64,000 bases of DNA from Chloropicon primus. Taxonomy: Eukaryota. Shown piece by piece: positions 57,301-64,000 of this stretch. The stretch spans positions 496,001 through 560,000 of the forward strand of contig CP060758.1 of NCBI GenBank assembly GCA_023205875.1, given 5' to 3'. The translations under genes and the position numbers were made by a program. Within the stretch, counting starts at the first letter, position 1; the number at the start of each line of letters is the position of its first letter. The notes beneath the pieces are model-generated. The model saw only the letters and a program-made list of their open reading frames with translations, had not been told where the DNA came from and did not search any database.

Positions 57301-60300
57301 CCGTGCTAACCCCGAGTACAGAGTATCCATCCGGGTCAGGGATGTGTATGGCAACGACCTTAGCGATTCCATGAAGTCTGTGGACAACGTGGAAGGCCTC
57401 GAAGGATCCGAAAGCTGTGGAGAGTACAGCTCCGAACATTGTCCTTTCAGGGTGACGGTCACTCGCCCCGATGGGCTCCGCATGAGCTCTCTCGCCGGCT
57501 GGAACAACGACATGATCAACAAGGATGATTCCGTTGGAGTGGAAGTGAACGACAGCACCGGAATTTTCGAGGCTTTCTGGGCATTCATTCGATCGGGCAA
57601 TCACTTCGTGTCCGTGTCGTTCCACTCGTCTCATGACGAGAACTTCCCCGAGACCTCGGATTCTAGAGGAGCAATGGTGAACCCAACGCCTCTGGATGTG
57701 AAGGTGATCGACTTGGACATGGTAGAGTTTGGACCAGCAAAGGCTTCCAACACCATCGTAACGGGACTCGGCTTGTTCGGCAGTCTCGCAGGAGAGCCGG
57801 GAGAGCTGAACATATTGGCTGCAAGAGATGCCTGCATATTGAACAACGCCGTTGTCGCCAGAGAGATATGCTTGGACTCTGACCTTGCCAGCGAGGAGTC
57901 CGTCCTCATGAGAAAGGGGGGGGCGCACTTCAACGTCTCGATCGTCCCGGTTCCCATCGCGGGTGAGAACACGACGATGGACGATGCCGGGTTCTCGTTC
58001 GACCTCGAGGACTTCGAGGATGGATCTTACCTGCTGGAGTACAAGATCGAAAGGGCTGGGGAGTACCTTTTCAACGTGAGCATGCTCAATCCCGGCACCA
58101 ATTTGTACGACAACCTTTACGCGTTTGCCATGGGTGGAGCGAGGCTGATCACGATCCTGCCTGGAGAGACCGATGCGGCGATGTCACTGATCAAGGGCTT
58201 GCCCTTGGCCGGTGCCTCCGTTGCTGGCCGAAGGGTGAAGTTCGAATTCACTGCAAAGGACCGCTTTGGCAACCTGCAGCGGGCGAAGAGTTTTGAGCTC
58301 ACCGAGGACAGCTTTGAGGTGGTCGTGGAACCAATTCTCACGAGCGAGGAGGACATTTACCTCCCGGCTGACCAGGCTCTCCTGGAGAAGTCGATCTCGA
58401 TCGAGCCCACCAGCGAGTCGTCCTACTCCGCTTCGTTCCAGCCAAGGAAAGCTTTTGTGTACCAAGTCTCGGTGAGGCTCCGTGGCAAGGATTTGGGAAA
58501 CAGTCCAGTCATGCAAGAGGTCATACCGAGTGGCATAGGATCTCAGTTCAACGTCTTGACGGGTTTGAGTGGACAGACTCCGCAGGAGGCCATCAACGCG
58601 GCTTCCGCGAAGGAGAACTTCACCCTCGTCCTGAACGCCTTTGATGAGTTCAACAACAAGATCAGAATAGGAGGGGACAGCTCCAAGTTTTTCATGGAGT
58701 ACGTTTTCCTGAAGAAGGACATTGTCGTGGAGACGAACCTCGTTGAGATCGCAGACCAGGACGACGGTTCATACCTCCTGCATTTCGTTCCTTCTTTCAC
58801 GGGAACGTACGCCATCCGCCTGGTCGTCAACGGCGTCCCTGCGGTGGCGCTCGGCGAGTCCTACACCGCGCAGGGGGACATCAAGAGTGTGGCCGCGTAT
58901 GCGTTGCAGTGCGAGCCCGAGGGACCTGCGTTCAAGTCCGGAACGGCCGCCGAGGTTGGCTCGTTCAAGCTGATCGTTAGGGATCGCGACGGGCAGATCA
59001 AAACGGTCGGTGGAGACGTCGTGTACGCGTCCCTGGTTCCACGAAGCGCGGTGAACGAGTACGACGCCAAATTGACTTCCGCGTCGCTGCAAGTCATTGA
59101 CGAGTCCACTCTTCCGGAATCGGACCCTGATGCCGTGGATGGCCCCGTGCCTGGCCGTTACAGGATCAGCTACAACGTCCAGAACTTCGGAGAATACGAC
59201 ATCAGCGTGAAGATCAACGGAGAAGACGTGAGGGGATCCCCGAGCGTCCTTCAAGTCGGAAAGAGGCTTCCTCCCGTTCAGGACACGGCAATATTCTCGT
59301 CGACCGCGACGAAGCTGACGCTGAACTTCCAGGACTCTTCCGGGATTCCGACCAGGACGAACAGAGGCGATCTTTTCGGCCTCGATACCTGTGACAAGTT
59401 GTTCGTTGCCTCCACCCTGACCAAGTTGGGTGACAACGCCAGGTGCACTTTCGTGAATCCTTCCAGGATGGAAGTCCTTCTTGGTTTCGGCGCCTCTATT
59501 CTGCCAAACGAGGAGCTTGTGTTCCGCAGTGACGAGGAGGCCAACAAGATCGTGACCTTCGAGAGGAACTCCCTTCCCGTTTCGGGATCTGTGATCGTGG
59601 AACGTCCTGTCGTATCTCCGCTGCCGACAATCGTCACAAGAGGTCCAACGAAACTCAGTTTCTGCGAAGACTTTCATCTCGATGCCAGCGGATCCTACGG
59701 CGCAGCAGGAAGGGCGTTGAAGTACTCTTACGGCATTTTGCCAAACGTACCAAATGACACGACGATTTCAGGACTTCTGGAGGAGCTGAGCCGAAACTCC
59801 GCGCCGAGACTGAGCTTGAGCAAAGATTACTTCGCTCCCGGAGTTGAGTACACTTTCACGATTAGTGTCACAAACTTCCTTCTGGAGACGAGGACGGTCA
59901 GGCACAAGGTGACGAGGATGCCTTACGCGATTCCTCAAATTCTGATCGAGGGTGATCCCGTCCTGAGGACTGAGAGGAACAAGCCGCTGTACATCAGGGC
60001 GAACGTGAGCGTGCCGGTGGGCAGCAGTGACCCCAGGTGCAACATCGATCTGCCAAAGGTCGACTTCACGTGGGGATTCGACAACAGGACTGTTGATGTC
60101 CAAGGCTTCCCGCTCGACCCCGTCACAAGGGAGACAAAGACTTTGTACATTGCTCCGGGGACCCTGGTCGCGGGCAAGAAGTACAACTTGAAGGTCGATG
60201 GAGAGGTGAATGGCAACGGCACCCTGAGCAACTTTGCGTACGCATCAGTCGAAGTGCAGTACAGTCCGATCGTCCTTGCCGTCAGCATGCCGAGCAAGAT

Positions 60301-63300
60301 TACGGACGACATGCCTTTCGTGATAGATGCTTCGGAATCGCTTGATTACGATGACCCGAGCCCAGAGAATCCCCAAGATCCATTTGGGCCCTTCATGTTC
60401 TACTGGTCGTGCCAGAAGCTCTCGCCAGCGGGCGAGCTCCTTCCCGAGCCTTGCTTCACCGGATCGAAGCAAGCGATTCTTTCTCAGGATCCCCTTGAAA
60501 GGGTGTTGAACATTCCAGAGGGCCTCTTGGAGGAGGGCACCTACTCTTTCGCCGTCACCGCGAGCAAAGAGCCTTTGTACGCCGGAGGCGCAGAAATCTC
60601 TGGAAGAGTGAAGCAGTTCCAGAAAACGGTGACGGTCACCAAGAGCGCCAGCGAGGAGGTGAAGCGCAGGGTGAGGAGAAGGCTCATGGAAGAGGAGGCC
60701 GAGGGGGTGGACGACGAGAGTCTGAAGCCTCCACAGGTGAGGATCAAGCCTGTGACAGGAATCGTCAATGCGAACGAGAGGTTCGCTCTGGAGAGCGTTG
60801 TGACGTCGTCTCTGAACGGCGGTCAGTTCAACCAAAGCGAAATTTCGATCAAGTGGGAAGAGCTCAACGGGATCATTGACCTCGAGACGTCTTACCCAGA
60901 CTTGCTGGGGACGCCTCACACGTACAAGAACTTGGTCTTGAAGAAAAACAGCCTGTCTCCTGGGCAGGAGTACAATTTCCAGATTTCTGCGTTTTGGACA
61001 AAGATGCCAGAGCTTGGAACGACTTTCGACGTTGTCTCTTTGGTGGCAAATGGAGCCCCGTCTTCTGGACTGTTTGAAGTGTCCCCAGTGATTGGCCATT
61101 CGACCAGCACGAGATTCACCCTGAAATGCAGTGGGTGGGAGGACGACAGCGATGAGCCCGTGGAGTACGAGTTCCGTTACATTGATCCGAACACAAACGA
61201 AGCGATCCCTCTGGTATCAAGATCAAGAAACAACGAAGTCACCTCAATCATGCCTCCCCTCGGATTGGGCCAAGAGGAGCAAACGATCGACGTCACGCTC
61301 CAAGCTTATGTCGTCGACTACTACAACGCGAAGACGGTGACAAACTTCACCATCGCATTGATGCAGAGAACGGCGACCGAAGTCGATCCGATTGAAATGC
61401 ATCACGAGCAGAGCGACTGCCCTGTGATGGAGTTTTTGAGGGAGAACGATAAGAGCGGCGATTCAGCGAATTCCACCGGCACTTCAAGTGCTTCGGATTC
61501 TGGCTCAAACGCCAACTCCACTTACTCCTCGAGCACCGAGGGGACTACTAGTGCCGCCAGCAGGAGGGGGCGCTCGCTCGCCCAAAACGCTCAGAACAGT
61601 ACGACGACGCAGTCCACCTCTGGAACAAGCTCAACCGATGATTCGGAAGTTGACCCACCAGAGTGCCGCTACAATATCACGGGCTTCTCCGCCTCTCTCT
61701 ACCGATTGGTTGAGAATGACCTGGCGCTGGCTCGCGGCACGAACGATGTCGCGCAGCTCCTTGTCATCGCAGCGAGCGTTGGACAGCTGGCCGGAGAGGT
61801 GAAAGCTGAGCATGAGCAGAGGCCTGTGGTCCCTGACGGGTTTGATCCGCCGGAAGATTTGCAGATCATCTTGAACCAGGACGGGATCAACTCCTACTCG
61901 AATTTGGAGCAGCTCAAGGTCGTGGTGGAGGCGTTGAAAGACGCTGTGACCACGGAGAAGTTCACAAAGGAGTCTATGGACTCTTTTGGAAACACTTACA
62001 GGCAGGTGCTGGCGCACGTGGGCGAGGACACCGACGCCGGATCCAGTGTTCTCCAGATTCTCGATCAGGCGGGGGGCACTGGCGTGGACTCCGTGGCGGC
62101 ATCCAGCTTGCTGGATTCCATGTCGATGCTCGCAAACTCGTATGAGCAAAGTGCCCAAACCTTGCAGAACATGATCAGAGACGAGCTTCTTGGCTCCGGC
62201 TACAACAGCAGCGGCGCCAACGACACTTCCTCTGACGGCGGTGACGGTTTCAGGAGAAGAAGGCTTTTGCAGCAGCAGCTCGTGACGGACCAGGCTACGG
62301 AAGTCATGGATATGGTGGACAAGCTGGCGTCTGCCGGCGTGAAAGACGCCGTGGACGGAGAGGATGCCTTCGAGGTGAGCAGCCCGAACATCCAGGTCAT
62401 GTCTGCGAAGAGGGAAGATCCCACTGGGTCTTTCAACCTTCCAAAGGAGCCGGGTGCCAAGGACTCCCCGTCGTTCGATGTGCCAACGGGCTTGGGCAGC
62501 GGCAGCGGAAACGTCGAGATCGTCTCGAGCGCGAACAAGAAGAACCCTTTCCAGGGAAGCATCGCTTCCGGTGGCAAGTTCGCGTCTGCGATCTCGAGCT
62601 CTGTGGCTAGCTTTGACTTGAAGGCAAACAGCAGCAAGATGAACGTCAGCATTGACGCGTCGTCGGGGCAGCAGCCCATTACCATCAAAATTCCGGTGCC
62701 CAAACCCGAGAGCTCGTGCAGGAAGGTTGAATCGAAGTGCCGGTACTGGGATGAGCACAAGCAGGAATGGAGCACCGAGGGTTTGTTCGAATTGGAACGG
62801 ACGGACGAGTACCTCGTCTGCCAGACGTTGCATTTGTCTAGCTTTGCTGTCAGCACGGATGACGTCGTGCCGGAATTCAACGTGGTGGATCCTTTCGACC
62901 TGGACCTCTTCTCGCAAATGACTCTGGACAACGCTTTGGCCATGTTTATTGTTGGCGCGATCTACATGCTCTTCGCCCTGGTGAACTACCTCGGGTACCG
63001 GGTGGACAACCAGAACAGGAGGAGGATGCAGGTCGAGCAGAAGCTGCTGGAGTTGGACCAGGGCATCAAAGGATTGTCCTTGACCAAGGGTGGTCAGGGC
63101 ATCTCGGCACCTTGGCCATCGAAGATGGGTTCGAACAACAAGAAGTCCGCTCTGACCAAGGAAGAGGAGGAGAGCCTTCGCTCTTACATCTCAAAAAAGC
63201 TTCTGAAAGACAGTGAGCTCGTTGCGGTCATCAATGTCAAGCCAGGGGACAAGTACACCAGACCCCAGCGGCTCATGGTTCTGCTGAGCATCGTTCTTGG

Positions 63301-64000
63301 ATACTTCGCCACAAGCGCCATTTTCTTTGGCCTTGATCCTTCCAACATCGCCGCGAAGCTCTTCATCGGTATCTTCACGGCTATGATACTTGGTCCTGCG
63401 AAGACGTCCTTCAAGCTCCTGTTCCGCAAGTCGACTTATTACGCTCCAAGGAAAAGGCCGGCGAGGAAGAAGCACATGCAGTCTCACAAGGCAAAGGCTT
63501 TGTCGAGGAGCGATCTGTGCACCTACCAGATCAAGGTCTTAACCTCAAATGTCCCCTTCGCGGGAACGCACAAGAATGTTCACGTCGTGCTCTATGGCGA
63601 CAAGGGTCGTAGCGTGACGCACACGCTGGATGAGGGCTCCCTCATTTTCTCGGAGGGAGGAAAGTCGTCCAAGGTATTGTTCGAGAGGGGAGAGCAATCT
63701 GTCTTCGAGATCAAGACGCAGGACGTTGGCAAGCTCGACCACATCGACATCGGTCACGACGGAAAGGGGTGGGGCTCTGGCTGGCACTTGAACTACGTGG
63801 TCGTGATCAACAAGAGCACGGGAGTTGGGGCCAAGTTCCCCTGCGGGCTTTGGCTGGACAAGAAGCTCGACGGAGGGTACTGCGAGAGAACTCTGAACGC
63901 GACTGATCCGTTCGAGGACCTTGCGATCCTCAAGGATGCTGGCGATTCCAAGGACAAGCTGTCGCCCGGCAGTCCTGCGGATGGATCCCAGAGGAGCGCG
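45329..64000 (+). CDS. Giant polycystin-1 (PKD1)-like membrane protein: signal peptide, about 25 filamin-type repeats, REJ, GPS, TM1-3, PLAT; runs off the window (at least 6,224 aa)
   Basis: The frame starting at ATG 45329 reads open wherever I translated it, and the ORF track has no terminated ORF in this frame. Signal peptide VFLLGLFVSASLLVMA|QD. Repeated (R/K)D.FGN..GG...D.GDG.Y motifs at about 47500-59260. REJ-like LDASGSY, IDASES.D.D...FYWSC and NGAPSSG.FEVSP..G...T.FTLKCSGWED..P.EY.F.Y. GPS CRYWD.....WSTEG...CQTLHLSSFAV. PLAT YQIKVLTS...AGT..NV.V.LYG..G...FERG...IGHDGKG..SGWHL..V.V....FPCGLWLD. Confidence 0.9.

Noticed and set aside
46145..63787. Long minus-strand ORFs (752, 871, 621, 428 aa and others)
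   Set aside because: They are antisense shadows of the GC3-biased giant + strand gene and show no protein motifs.

Overview
This is gene-dense, GC-rich, intron-poor eukaryotic nuclear DNA. Plastid-targeted genes (IF2, PFK, ABC1K1, PALE CRESS-like), an RWP-RK factor and short GT-AG introns point to a compact green-algal genome. It resembles a Chloropicon-like picoalga, which is inference only. About 25 protein-coding genes are supported. The main discovery is missing from the ORF track because it has no stop codon in the window: an uninterrupted + strand frame from 45329 past the window end (at least 6,224 codons). It encodes a signal peptide, about 25 filamin/ABP280-type Ig-like repeats, a REJ module, a GPS autoproteolysis motif (HL|S), three TM helices and then a PLAT domain. 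This is a giant polycystin-1 (PKD1)-like receptor with an unusual ectodomain, PLAT after TM3 instead of after TM1, and several RR(R)LL-type protease sites. The window also holds several cilium-associated genes (B9-domain, TPGS2, CFAP52, RP2), a KH-domain-fused plastid IF2, a GYF_2+GAR protein, a double RWP-RK factor, a hidden 3-exon Cys-rich tail-anchored protein, and a scrambled partial duplicate of the B9 gene. I saw no RNA genes, CRISPR arrays or mobile elements.
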